28,105 bases of DNA from assembly GCA_038877255.1 (NCBI GenBank), contig JAVYWZ010000010.1, positions 1-28,105 of the forward strand. Reading direction: 5' to 3'. Shown one piece after another: positions 7,732 through 16,425 of this stretch (the first letter of the stretch is position 1; each line of letters starts with the position of its first letter). The stretch comes from Candidatus Micrarchaeaceae archaeon. GTDB taxonomy: Archaea; Micrarchaeota; Micrarchaeia; Micrarchaeales; CABMGC01. The notes under the pieces were generated by a model that saw only the letters and a list, made by a program, of their open reading frames with translations, searched no databases and was not told the DNA's origin. The position numbers were made by a program, and so were the translations under genes.

Positions 7732-10080
7732 TTATTGTCTAGTAACGTTCAGATAAACGCAATTGCTCGACGGTATATTTATCACAGAACTGTTTACCAC
7801 GCGTGCCTGCTCGTATGCAAGTTTGTTATATAACTGGGCCCAGCCGCCATCAAGTGTTGTATTTTCATAGGCTGCAAAATAGCCTCCGCACAATTTCAAT
7901 GTATTTCCTGCAAACGTAGCGTTAGGCGTTATGAGCCATTCTACTCTTAGGTATTTGCTCGCATTTAAGAATATTACCTGATGGGGTTCACCGATCTGTG
8001 TTACATAATCGTACCACGGACCGTTGTTCTGCACTAGTAGCTTGCCACTCTGGTTAGACTGTTCCACTCCATAATAATGTATGTTTATGACAGGCTCTCC
8101 TAGATATTTATTGACTGCTGCTGTGGCAAAAGCGTTAGAAAATCCCCATAGGAAATTGCCTACAAAGGTTACGTTTAGCAATACCGTGTTTCCTGGGGCA
8201 ACCGCAGTGTTGTTGACGCCTATGTAAATGCCACTGACGTTGTTTACTGTAGTGAAAGAGCTAAGTTTCTTTTCTGTTGAGTTGTAAAAGCCAACTCCTG
8301 TGAGATTGAAAAAGTTGAAATTAGTGATTGAGTTTGTTTCATTTGGCAATATAGTGGTGACAGTGCTTGTGCTTGTTGTGGAAGTTGAAATCGTTGTGTT
8401 GCTTGTTTCTTCTGAGTTGCTCGGAACAAAGTAGAGCTTTGCCTCAAAAGGAAAGCTCAGCTCTTCCGAAAGCGAGGAAAACGCCTTTGGAAGATACTCT
8501 GGCTGAGGCGCATATACCAGTTTCCAATTCGGGCAATATGCAGTAGGGTTTTTTGTGTAGTTCAAATTGAAGAGTTTAAAGTATGGAATTATTACGTAAA
8601 CGCCACTCGGTATCTTTGAGCAATTCTCAATTTCATCATACGCCAAAAAGCGCGAGAGATTGTCGAAATGCATATAAATAGGCACAAGGGACGCGAATCC
8701 GCTGAAGTAAATTTTTGTACTACTTGGTAATTTGTTTAGGTAGTTTGCTATTTGCACCTGGTCATAACGCTGTGAAACGAGCGTTCCGTGCCAAAACAGG
8801 TTTATGCTTATGGAGGTTACAATGAGAAACAATATTGCAATCGCACATATCGCAAATCCCAATTTTCTTTTTATTCTGCTTCCTTTTTCGATTGAACGCG
8901 CAACAGCGATGCCTATAATGAGCACAGTAGGAGGAGCCACAAGAGTAAGAAACCTTCCAAGCCTGTACGAAAGCAGGTACTGAAACGGCACTAGGCTTAC
9001 ATGCATGGGCCCAAACTCCAAATACGCAAAACAGAAGAGGAACCAGAACATGGGCACGTATGCCCTTTTTTCCCGTTTAACAAGCAGGTATGCAAAGGCT
9101 ATTACAAGCGCATACATGTAAAAGCCAACCCTGCTGTTTGGCACAAAAAAGGCAGGCTCCAAGAATGTAAATGCATTTGCTATATTGCCAGAACGCAGGC
9201 CAGAAACAAATCCCTCTAATATATGGTAAGGAAACATTGTTGCTATGTAAAAATTGAGGTTTGTGTTAGTCGATGGGATTGTATTTTTTTCGCCAACGGT
9301 GCTATAGAAGTGGTTTGTTACAGTGATGGTAATGAGAGGGTTGCCAGAGAGCGCATAGTTTGCGAGCATGAGCAGCGCTGCAGCAAACAAAAAGCCATAT
9401 ACTGCAAAAATGACGCTCTTGAGCTTTATTTTCTTTCTTAACAGTTCTACAAGGAGAAACAACGCAAGAAACACTATTATTATGGCACCTTCTGGTGTAA
9501 CAAGCGGTGACGCCAGCGCTGCAACGCCTCCGGCAAAATACCATTTCTTCGAATCTCTCTTCTCACCTAATACTATCGCCATTACCGCTAAAGCCGTTAC
9601 AAAGGCCATGACAAGGTCGTCGCTTACAGTTGCGGAAAGGCGTACAACCAACGGGAAGAAGCTATAAAGCAGAGCAGAAACAAGGCCTGCGGTGTTGTTG
9701 TAAAGCTCCTTGCCTATGAAAAAAACAACAGCAACAGTCATAGTGAACGCAAGAATATCCCAAAGCGATGAGGAAATCATGTTTACGCCAAACAACGCAT
9801 AGAAAAGTGCTATCGGATAGATCTGCATGAGCCTTACGCTGAAAATAAATGGGCTTTCTCTGAACAAATGCGTCAGCACGCTGTTTGCAACATCGAGGTA
9901 TACTGTGTCGTCTCCATAGAACGAAGGGCCACCTACATTTACGAGCGAGTAGACGAGCACAAATGCCAGCAGCACTGCAAGCGCTGCATACGCAAATGAA
10001 TCGGCCTTTGTAGCTTTGTGGCCTTTCCTCTTATCTTTGTGTATCAAAATTTTCCTCTTATCTTCGTGCATCAAAATCAT
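7732..10080 (-). CDS. GT-C (PMT/ArnT, GT39/GT83-like) membrane glycosyltransferase with a Ser/Thr linker and an extra C-terminal extracellular domain
   Basis: Acidic GDD after TM1, many TM helices, ALLYSFFP and SDDLVMAF segments typical of PMT_2-like proteins, a TSNTTISTSTTSTSTVTT linker and many sequons. Confidence 0.8.
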   Translation of the reverse strand: MILMHEDKRKILIHKDKRKGHKATKADSFAYAALAVLLAFVLVYSLVNVGGPSFYGDDTVYLDVANSVLTHLFRESPFIFSVRLMQIYPIALFYALFGVNMISSSLWDILAFTMTVAVVFFIGKELYNNTAGLVSALLYSFFPLVVRLSATVSDDLVMAFVTALAVMAIVLGEKRDSKKWYFAGGVAALASPLVTPEGAIIIVFLALFLLVELLRKKIKLKSVIFAVYGFLFAAALLMLANYALSGNPLITITVTNHFYSTVGEKNTIPSTNTNLNFYIATMFPYHILEGFVSGLRSGNIANAFTFLEPAFFVPNSRVGFYMYALVIAFAYLLVKREKRAYVPMFWFLFCFAYLEFGPMHVSLVPFQYLLSYRLGRFLTLVAPPTVLIIGIAVARSIEKGSRIKRKLGFAICAIAILFLIVTSISINLFWHGTLVSQRYDQVQIANYLNKLPSSTKIYFSGFASLVPIYMHFDNLSRFLAYDEIENCSKIPSGVYVIIPYFKLFNLNYTKNPTAYCPNWKLVYAPQPEYLPKAFSSLSEELSFPFEAKLYFVPSNSEETSNTTISTSTTSTSTVTTILPNETNSITNFNFFNLTGVGFYNSTEKKLSSFTTVNNVSGIYIGVNNTAVAPGNTVLLNVTFVGNFLWGFSNAFATAAVNKYLGEPVINIHYYGVEQSNQSGKLLVQNNGPWYDYVTQIGEPHQVIFLNASKYLRVEWLITPNATFAGNTLKLCGGYFAAYENTTLDGGWAQLYNKLAYEQARVVNSSVINIPSSNCVYLNVTRQ
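10024..10077. repeat. 27-bp tandem duplication at the 5' end of the GT-C gene
   Basis: TTTCCTCTTATCTTYGTGYATCAAAAT x2 (10024-10050 and 10051-10077, 2 mismatches), encoding ILMHEDKRK/ILIHKDKRK. Confidence 0.85.
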
Positions 10081-10131
10081 TCAAGTCTTATTATTTCATA
10101 TATATTTATAAAAACGGTTTCGTTATTGACC

Positions 10132-11373
10132 TTATCCTTGTTTATTGATGGCTTTATTTGGTTGCACCTTGGCAAGCTTGTACATTCCTATTGTAGTAAG
10201 AACGTTAGTGAACAGCACAGACAGGAACAGTACGCCTATAAATGCAGGAGGCGCGTACACGCCAAACGCCAACGGCAATGTAGCTACAATAACAGGTGAA
10301 AGCCCCCTTGCAACGCTATATCGCGCCGCTATCTGCTCAGAGCTATTTTCTTCTTTTTCCTGTATTACCTTCTTTATAAGCGGCAGGAACAGCTGCCTTG
10401 TGTAAAATATTAGAACGGTTATACCTATCGCTACCAAAGACAGCAGATAGTCCTGCGCACTGATCTGGAACAATAAACCTATGTATACAAAGAAGAAAGT
10501 GCTTACGAAGAACGTTATCTCTCTTTGGTACTGCGATACGTGTGTAAGAACTTTTTTGATGCCAGTTGTGTATGCGGCAAGCCACCTGCCCATTTCCGGC
10601 ATGTTTGCCAGCAAAAGTCCAAAGATAAATACGGTCATGGCGCCATTGGCGCCTACCGCCTGCGCAATGCCATACGTTGCAATGACCATGCTTATCGTGA
10701 GCATCCAGCTGTATTCTTTGCTATGCTCTTTGAATGTTTTCAGGATAAATATCCAGAAAAACGTGGAAAGCACGCCTATCAGCGCAGAGCCTATGAAAAA
10801 GCCCTCCGCCATCGAAATAATAAAGCCGATCTTTATGCTTTTCAACGCCAGAAGCTCAATGAAAACTATAGGAAATATCAGCGTTACAGAATCTACTACA
10901 ACGCTCTCGAAATTTAGCGTCATCTTAAGTTTTTGGTTTATCTTTGTCCTTCGCAGAATTATGGGTATTACCACTGCGCTAGGGCCTGCAAGCCCGAAGC
11001 CTGCTGCAAACGAGAGCAATACACTTAGATGCGTGGAAACAAGTACTGCAAAGCCCAAGACAATGCCTGTTGTGAACGATAAAAGGAAGGTAAACCTCGA
11101 GGCATAACTCATGTTGAGGTCTTTCAGCCTTATCCTCAAGCCGACGTCAAAAAGTATAAATGCAACAGCAAGCGCTGTAATGTAAGGCACAAGTATTATG
11201 ACTATGCTGCTGCTTGATGTATTTACTATATGGAAAAGCGGGCCTAAAGCAAGGCCTATGAGCATAAGAGGCAAAACCACCGCTATTTTTATTCTGTAAA
11301 AAAGTTCTGTAAGCACGTAGCCGAGGAACACTATCCCTGCAACAAGTACAAAAAGTAGGTTTACGTTTATCAT
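10132..11373 (-). CDS. cation:proton antiporter (CPA1/NhaP-like)
   Basis: About 12-13 TM helices; LFDVGL, LNFESVVVD and RGLSP motifs. Confidence 0.85.
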   Translation of the reverse strand: MINVNLLFVLVAGIVFLGYVLTELFYRIKIAVVLPLMLIGLALGPLFHIVNTSSSSIVIILVPYITALAVAFILFDVGLRIRLKDLNMSYASRFTFLLSFTTGIVLGFAVLVSTHLSVLLSFAAGFGLAGPSAVVIPIILRRTKINQKLKMTLNFESVVVDSVTLIFPIVFIELLALKSIKIGFIISMAEGFFIGSALIGVLSTFFWIFILKTFKEHSKEYSWMLTISMVIATYGIAQAVGANGAMTVFIFGLLLANMPEMGRWLAAYTTGIKKVLTHVSQYQREITFFVSTFFFVYIGLLFQISAQDYLLSLVAIGITVLIFYTRQLFLPLIKKVIQEKEENSSEQIAARYSVARGLSPVIVATLPLAFGVYAPPAFIGVLFLSVLFTNVLTTIGMYKLAKVQPNKAINKQG

Positions 11374-11377
11374 AGGC

Positions 11378-12952
11378 TCAGCTCAGCGTAGTCTGCCGCG
11401 GCTCCTGCTCCCTTGCGTATCTTGCCTCGAGCTTTTTGTTAACGCTACTGAGTAAAGACGCCATTTTGCGCTCTCTAGACTTTGAAACAAACAAATACAC
11501 CTCGTCCTTCGAGCCTTTCGCAACAAGCAAGAAAACGTCGCCAGCCCTGAACCTGCCTGTTCTTCCCTTGCGCTGTATGTTGCGTATCTCATTCGGTATA
11601 GGTTCATAAAAAACCACAACATCTACGCTGGGTATGTCAAGGCCTTCTTCGCCTATCGAGCTTGCTACAAGCACGTTGAACTTGCCTGACCTGAAATCGG
11701 CGATTGCCTGCTTCTGCTGCTCCTGCGTTACGCCTTCCTTCTTGCCTACAAAAGCCCTCGCAGCAAAGCCCTTCTGCTGCAGCTTATCCACTATCATTTT
11801 TATAGTTGCCCTATACTGAACAAACACGATGGCGCTTTTGTCTTTGTTCATATCAAGTATGCTAATTAAGGCATTTATTTTCGGATGTTCCTCGCCGCGG
11901 TTTATTGCCTCGCCTGCTATCCTGCTTGCTTCCCTTATATTGGCGTTGTTCACGAAGCTCTCCACCGCTCTGCTCTTGTGCTCTCTGGAATTCAATGAGT
12001 CTATATATGTTTTTAACGGATACAGGCCTTCTGTAGTAAGCAGGTCATACATGTGCTCCGCATGCAGTAGCTTTATATAGCTGAAGAATGCGCCGAACCT
12101 GTATCCCTGCGCGCTTATTTTTTTTATCTCATCGCCGAGCTGTATGAGCTTGCCTTTAGGAATTGATTCTGCGTTCTTGAAGTTTAGAAGGCCCATGCCG
12201 CGCAGGCTCCTGAGGCTGTCCTCTGCCACCGGCCTAATCAGTGACGCTATGCGCTTTATTGTATCATCAAGCTCAATCTCGACAGTGTGCACATATTTTG
12301 GCATTACATATGCTATCACATCTTCATCGCTTGAGGTTCTTGACTCTATATGCCTTATGTTAAGCGATTCTACAAGCGAGATTATGCGGTCGGGCTTGCT
12401 GCCTGGTGAGGCTGTAAGCCCCACTATGAGAACGCCTTTTGTAGCAAGTTCGTTTGCTATATAGGTATATGCATATTTTCCTACTGCGTGGTGGCATTCG
12501 TCAAATACCGCAGCGCCAAAACCTAAAAGAGAGAAGGATCCTGAACGCAGATCGTTGGCGATTGTTTGCGGCGTTGCCACAATCACTTTTGCGTTCTGCT
12601 CCTGCATAAGCCTATCCTTCTTTTTCAAAGCGCCGGTGAGCAGCACAATGTCATCTGCATTTAGCCTGAGCATTTGCCTGAGCACAGCGTGATGCTGCTC
12701 AGCAAGTGGTTTTGTAGGTGCGAGAAAAAGCGCCCTCTTGCCATTATAAACAGCGTGGGCAACAAGCGCTGCTCCAATAAAGGTCTTGCCAAGTCCCGTA
12801 GGCAGCACCACAAGGGTATTGCCGTGCTTTATTATGGAATTTATTATATTGTACTGGTAAGCGCGAAACTCCATATGCGAAAGATCCAAAAGCCCGGCGT
12901 ATGGCCCCAGACCCTGCCAATCGCCTGTTTCGTAATTAGTAGTAATTTGCAT
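11378..12952 (-). CDS. hef: Hef/FANCM-family SF2 helicase without the ERCC4 nuclease domain
   Basis: RAYQ, LPTGLGKT, DECHHA, TASPG, GEEGLDIP and QRKGRTGR; ends at 524 aa. Confidence 0.9.
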   Translation of the reverse strand: MQITTNYETGDWQGLGPYAGLLDLSHMEFRAYQYNIINSIIKHGNTLVVLPTGLGKTFIGAALVAHAVYNGKRALFLAPTKPLAEQHHAVLRQMLRLNADDIVLLTGALKKKDRLMQEQNAKVIVATPQTIANDLRSGSFSLLGFGAAVFDECHHAVGKYAYTYIANELATKGVLIVGLTASPGSKPDRIISLVESLNIRHIESRTSSDEDVIAYVMPKYVHTVEIELDDTIKRIASLIRPVAEDSLRSLRGMGLLNFKNAESIPKGKLIQLGDEIKKISAQGYRFGAFFSYIKLLHAEHMYDLLTTEGLYPLKTYIDSLNSREHKSRAVESFVNNANIREASRIAGEAINRGEEHPKINALISILDMNKDKSAIVFVQYRATIKMIVDKLQQKGFAARAFVGKKEGVTQEQQKQAIADFRSGKFNVLVASSIGEEGLDIPSVDVVVFYEPIPNEIRNIQRKGRTGRFRAGDVFLLVAKGSKDEVYLFVSKSRERKMASLLSSVNKKLEARYAREQEPRQTTLS

Positions 12953-13109
12953 ATGTTATGATAATGGGAAATAGATTTAATATATGTTGAGAATATATGC
13001 TTACAACAAAATAGCTCTATCAATTGCAAAAGCAAAACAGAATAATTTATAACTAGCATTTATAACTAATATTTATAGTAATAACATTACTTAATTTACG
13101 TTTTACAAT

Positions 13110-13183
13110 GCCGCAGTAGCTCAGACTGGGAGAGCGCCCGGCTGAAGACCGGGATGTCGCTGGTTCAAATCCGGCCTGCGGCA
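13110..13183 (+). tRNA. tRNA-Phe(GAA)
   Basis: Acceptor GCCGCAG/CTGCGGC; anticodon arm CCCGG-CTGAAGA-CCGGG; T-loop TTCAAAT. Confidence 0.96.
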
Positions 13184-13354
13184 CATGTCGCATAGTTTTA
13201 ATTTTAGTTTATACTGAATTACAATACTATGGTGCTAAGTAAAATCAGTTATACAAAATTAATTTTAATCTGTCGGATAAAAACTTATTGATAAATTCAA
13301 TGCATATCTTTAAATAAAGACTTTTACCTATTCTGTTTAGATACGGTGTATGGA

Positions 13355-14371
13355 ATGAACACAAATTTTACAGACAGAGAAAAGGAAATACTGTCAAAAG
13401 TGATGGAAGCTGACGAGGAGATAATAGCAGTAGGCAGGCAGAACAGGCTTAGCAAGCTCATAGCGCCATCTATTGCTTTGTCAACAAGCAAAAAGATTAT
13501 AATATTCAAGAGGGACGCGCTGGGCATTAGAACTGATATGCATTTCATACCCTATGAGAGCATAGTGAGCTTCAGGGTGGTACACGGTTTCATATTCTCT
13601 TCGATAAAGCTTAGGCTGCTCGGCGCAGTAAAGCCCGGCGAGCATGCTATGGCAGATGCGAGCGAGGACGAAACTGAAATTAGGGGCCTCAAGAAGTCAA
13701 TGGCGAAGTTTCTTGCCGTTAAGATAAGCGAAAATGTCAGCAAGAGCCGCAGCAAAACCAGAGAGCCACGTGAGATAATAATAAAGCACTCAACGCCAGC
13801 GGTAAACATCTTCTTCAATACTAATATAACATCGTTTCATAGCCCTGTGCCAGGCATGTATTTGCCAAACGACAGTGCGTTTAATGCTTATGCAGCACGC
13901 ATATTGAGTGAGTCGCAGCAGACAGAAAAAGAAACAGAAAAACAAGCAGAAAAGGAAGCAATGTTTGTTAGTGGCACCGCAGAAACAAACGGTGTGCAAG
14001 AAGCTACAACTGAAGCTACGTATGTGCTAGAGTCTGATAACAGGAATAGCGACTTGGCAAGCGCCAAGAAGGAAATAGAGATAAACGAGCTTATGCGCCA
14101 TGCTGAAAGCACGCAAACAAATACGCAAATACCAGAAGGATCGGAGACTGCTTCAGCGATAAAGCCCGATGATCTGCTGATTTTCAAGAATAGGAAATAC
14201 GGAACTAAAAACGAAAATGCGAGAAGCCATTATCTTAACAGCATAGGCTTCATCAAATCTCTGTTCTTAGGCAGGTCGCAAGATGCAGATGCAGATGCAG
14301 CAAGCGCTAATGCCTATTTCAAAGACGATTTTATTGACGAGATAACTAGGAAAAAGCTCTCGGAAGACTGA
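13355..14371 (+). CDS. bacterial-type PH-domain protein with a long low-complexity/acidic C-terminal tail
   Basis: N-terminal EEIIAVGRQ…IALSTSKKIIIFKR…IPYESIVSFRVVHGFIFSSIKL pattern typical of bPH domains; Glu/Thr/Ala-rich tail. Confidence 0.7.
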   Translation: MNTNFTDREKEILSKVMEADEEIIAVGRQNRLSKLIAPSIALSTSKKIIIFKRDALGIRTDMHFIPYESIVSFRVVHGFIFSSIKLRLLGAVKPGEHAMADASEDETEIRGLKKSMAKFLAVKISENVSKSRSKTREPREIIIKHSTPAVNIFFNTNITSFHSPVPGMYLPNDSAFNAYAARILSESQQTEKETEKQAEKEAMFVSGTAETNGVQEATTEATYVLESDNRNSDLASAKKEIEINELMRHAESTQTNTQIPEGSETASAIKPDDLLIFKNRKYGTKNENARSHYLNSIGFIKSLFLGRSQDADADAASANAYFKDDFIDEITRKKLSED

Positions 14372-14589
14372 CAATAAACAAGGAGCAAACTGTCCTGCCA
14401 GCGCCATTGTGCTCTTTTCATTATAAATCCTTCAAGGGCTTAGAGCTAACCGCAGAAACGTGTTTATGCCTAATCAGCTAGCAAATATAAATATATCATT
14501 AATTAAAAATGCTAAATGATGGCATATCTTCAAAGAGCATAGAAGCAAAGCCATTCGCTTGATATTGTATTCCAGATGAAATCGAGCAT

Positions 14590-14662
14590 GCGATCGTAGT
14601 CTAGCCTGGTAGGACATTGCCTTGCCAAGGCAGGAACCCGGGTTCAAATCCCGGCGGTCGCA
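14590..14662 (+). tRNA. tRNA-Gly(GCC)
   Basis: Acceptor GCGATCG/CGGTCGC; anticodon arm TTGCC-TTGCCAA-GGCAG; T-arm CCGGG-TTCAAAT-CCCGG. Confidence 0.95.
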
Positions 14663-14712
14663 CATTATCATGTTGGCTAAAATCTGTGTGCGCGTATATA
14701 GCGAAGATTGAC

Positions 14713-15621
14713 ATGCTCTACAAAAAGCTTGGTAAGACCAAAGAAAAGCTTTCTGCAATAGGTATTGGCACATGGAAGATACCAAACGATTCAAGGCAGG
14801 CGATAGAGGCAATACGCTACGGCTTTGAGAACGGAATGAACTTCATAGATACTGCAGAAATGTATGGCAACGAGGAGCTTGTCGGCAAGGCAATCGAAGG
14901 CTTCAGCGATGTTTTTGTCGCTACAAAGGTGTCACCCTACCATTTTCATTATGACGATTTAATAAGGGCGTGCGAGTCCAGCCTAAAGAGGCTTAACTTA
15001 AAGTCGATAGACCTTTTCCAATTGCACTGGCCAAATAACAACGTGCCTATCTCTGAAACCATGAAGGCGATGGAGAAGCTGTATGATGATGGCAAAATAA
15101 GATATATAGGTGTTAGCAATTTTTCTGTAGGCGAACTTATAGAAGCACAAGAGGCACTAAGCCATGCCGAAATAGTGTCAGACCAGGTAGAGTATAGCAT
15201 AATCATGAGAGAACCTGAACAAGGGCTGCTTCAGTTTTGCAACAAAGAATCAATAACACTAATAGCGTATAGCCCTCTCGCAAGAGGCGCCATACTAAAA
15301 GACAGCTCCTTGATAAATAAGCTTAAAGAGATTGCTAAAAACTACGACGCAACGCCTATTCAGGTGGCGCTTAATTATTTGATAAATAATGGCAATGTAA
15401 TACCTATACCAAAGGCATCTACCAAGGAGCACATGAAAGAGAATGCAGGCTCCGCATCTTTTAGTCTTTCAAAGGCAGATTTCTATGTGCTTAAAAACCT
15501 TAAGGGATTTTCAAAGCCGCCTCTCGCTGGCAAAATGCTGAAGCATTTCCTAAAAAATACGAGTTTATGGTCAAGGGTAATGGGGCAAATAGAAAGGCAA
15601 AGAAAGACTGATGCCAATTAG
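14713..15621 (+). CDS. aldo/keto reductase
   Basis: IGIGTW, IDTAEMYGNE, ATK, DLFQLHWP, IGVSNF, AYSPL and IPKAS; start ATG 14713 (the longer ORF overlaps the tRNA). Confidence 0.93.
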   Translation: MLYKKLGKTKEKLSAIGIGTWKIPNDSRQAIEAIRYGFENGMNFIDTAEMYGNEELVGKAIEGFSDVFVATKVSPYHFHYDDLIRACESSLKRLNLKSIDLFQLHWPNNNVPISETMKAMEKLYDDGKIRYIGVSNFSVGELIEAQEALSHAEIVSDQVEYSIIMREPEQGLLQFCNKESITLIAYSPLARGAILKDSSLINKLKEIAKNYDATPIQVALNYLINNGNVIPIPKASTKEHMKENAGSASFSLSKADFYVLKNLKGFSKPPLAGKMLKHFLKNTSLWSRVMGQIERQRKTDAN

Positions 15622-15701
15622 CGAACGGATGTGGCATATGACTTTGCCAAAAGCTTGATGTTAGAAAACAATAAAAGAATAGTCGATAGAATATGAATCA
15701 T

Positions 15702-15774
15702 GCGATCGTAGTCTAGCCTGGTAGGACTTTGGCCTTCCAAGCCAAAGACCCGGGTTCAAATCCCGGCGGTCGCA
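15702..15774 (+). tRNA. tRNA-Gly(TCC)
   Basis: Same acceptor, D and T arms as 14590-14662; anticodon arm TTGGC-CTTCCAA-GCCAA. Confidence 0.95.
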
Positions 15775-16103
15775 TACAGAAAGGGAGTGAAAACGATACT
15801 AACCTATACAACCTGGCTGTGGATGCACTGTATGATGCTGTAATAAGAAAGTAAACTGCTATGCATATAAATGCGCTGGCGTTCTATAAGTTGATGAAAC
15901 GTGCTGCACAGTCAGTTGGTTCAACAGCCGCATCTGAAGCGAATGGCTTTTACAAGACCGACTTCCGCTATGCAATTCATCGCACTGCTAAAGTGCGCGG
16001 GCTTTACACCACATTAGATAAATAATGCATTATGTAAAGGCAGCAATGGAATTTCACTTTGAGATAGAGAAGCCAAGGCCTAAGCGGTTACCATGGTGTG
16101 CGC

Positions 16104-16391
16104 ATGCAGATTCATTATATTGTGCATGGTGTCGTACAAGGGGTAGGCTACAGGTCGTTTGTAGCTAGTGCTGCGTTGAGGCACGGTATAACTGGCTTTG
16201 TCAAAAACTTGCCAGAAGGTAGCGTAGAGATTCTTGCCCAAGGAAACACCGCTTCGCTTAAAGATTTTGAAGACGAGATCCTGCATTATGAACTAGGCGG
16301 CGCAGAAATCTCCGAGGTTGAGAAAAGCACAGGAAATCCGGACGTTGTGGGAGTGGGTAAGACGTACGATAAGTTCGTAATAGAGCATTAA
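16104..16391 (+). CDS. acyP: acylphosphatase
   Basis: GVVQGVGYR phosphate loop and GFVKNLPEGSVE (catalytic Asn). Confidence 0.93.
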   Translation: MQIHYIVHGVVQGVGYRSFVASAALRHGITGFVKNLPEGSVEILAQGNTASLKDFEDEILHYELGGAEISEVEKSTGNPDVVGVGKTYDKFVIEH

Positions 16392-16425
16392 TTCTTTTGA
16401 GACATCTTGAAATCTCAGAGCTAGT

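Noticed and set aside
10481..11107. 208-aa + strand ORF and the other long antisense ORFs in the track
   Set aside because: Shadow frames of well-supported genes on the opposite strand.
14617..14712. N-terminal extension of the AKR through tRNA-Gly
   Set aside because: The TTG start lies inside the tRNA; AKR-like sequence starts at ATG 14713.
15891..15937. possible C/D-box sRNA (TGATGA…CTGA)
   Set aside because: Short spacing, no convincing D'/C' boxes, and no guide target can be verified here.
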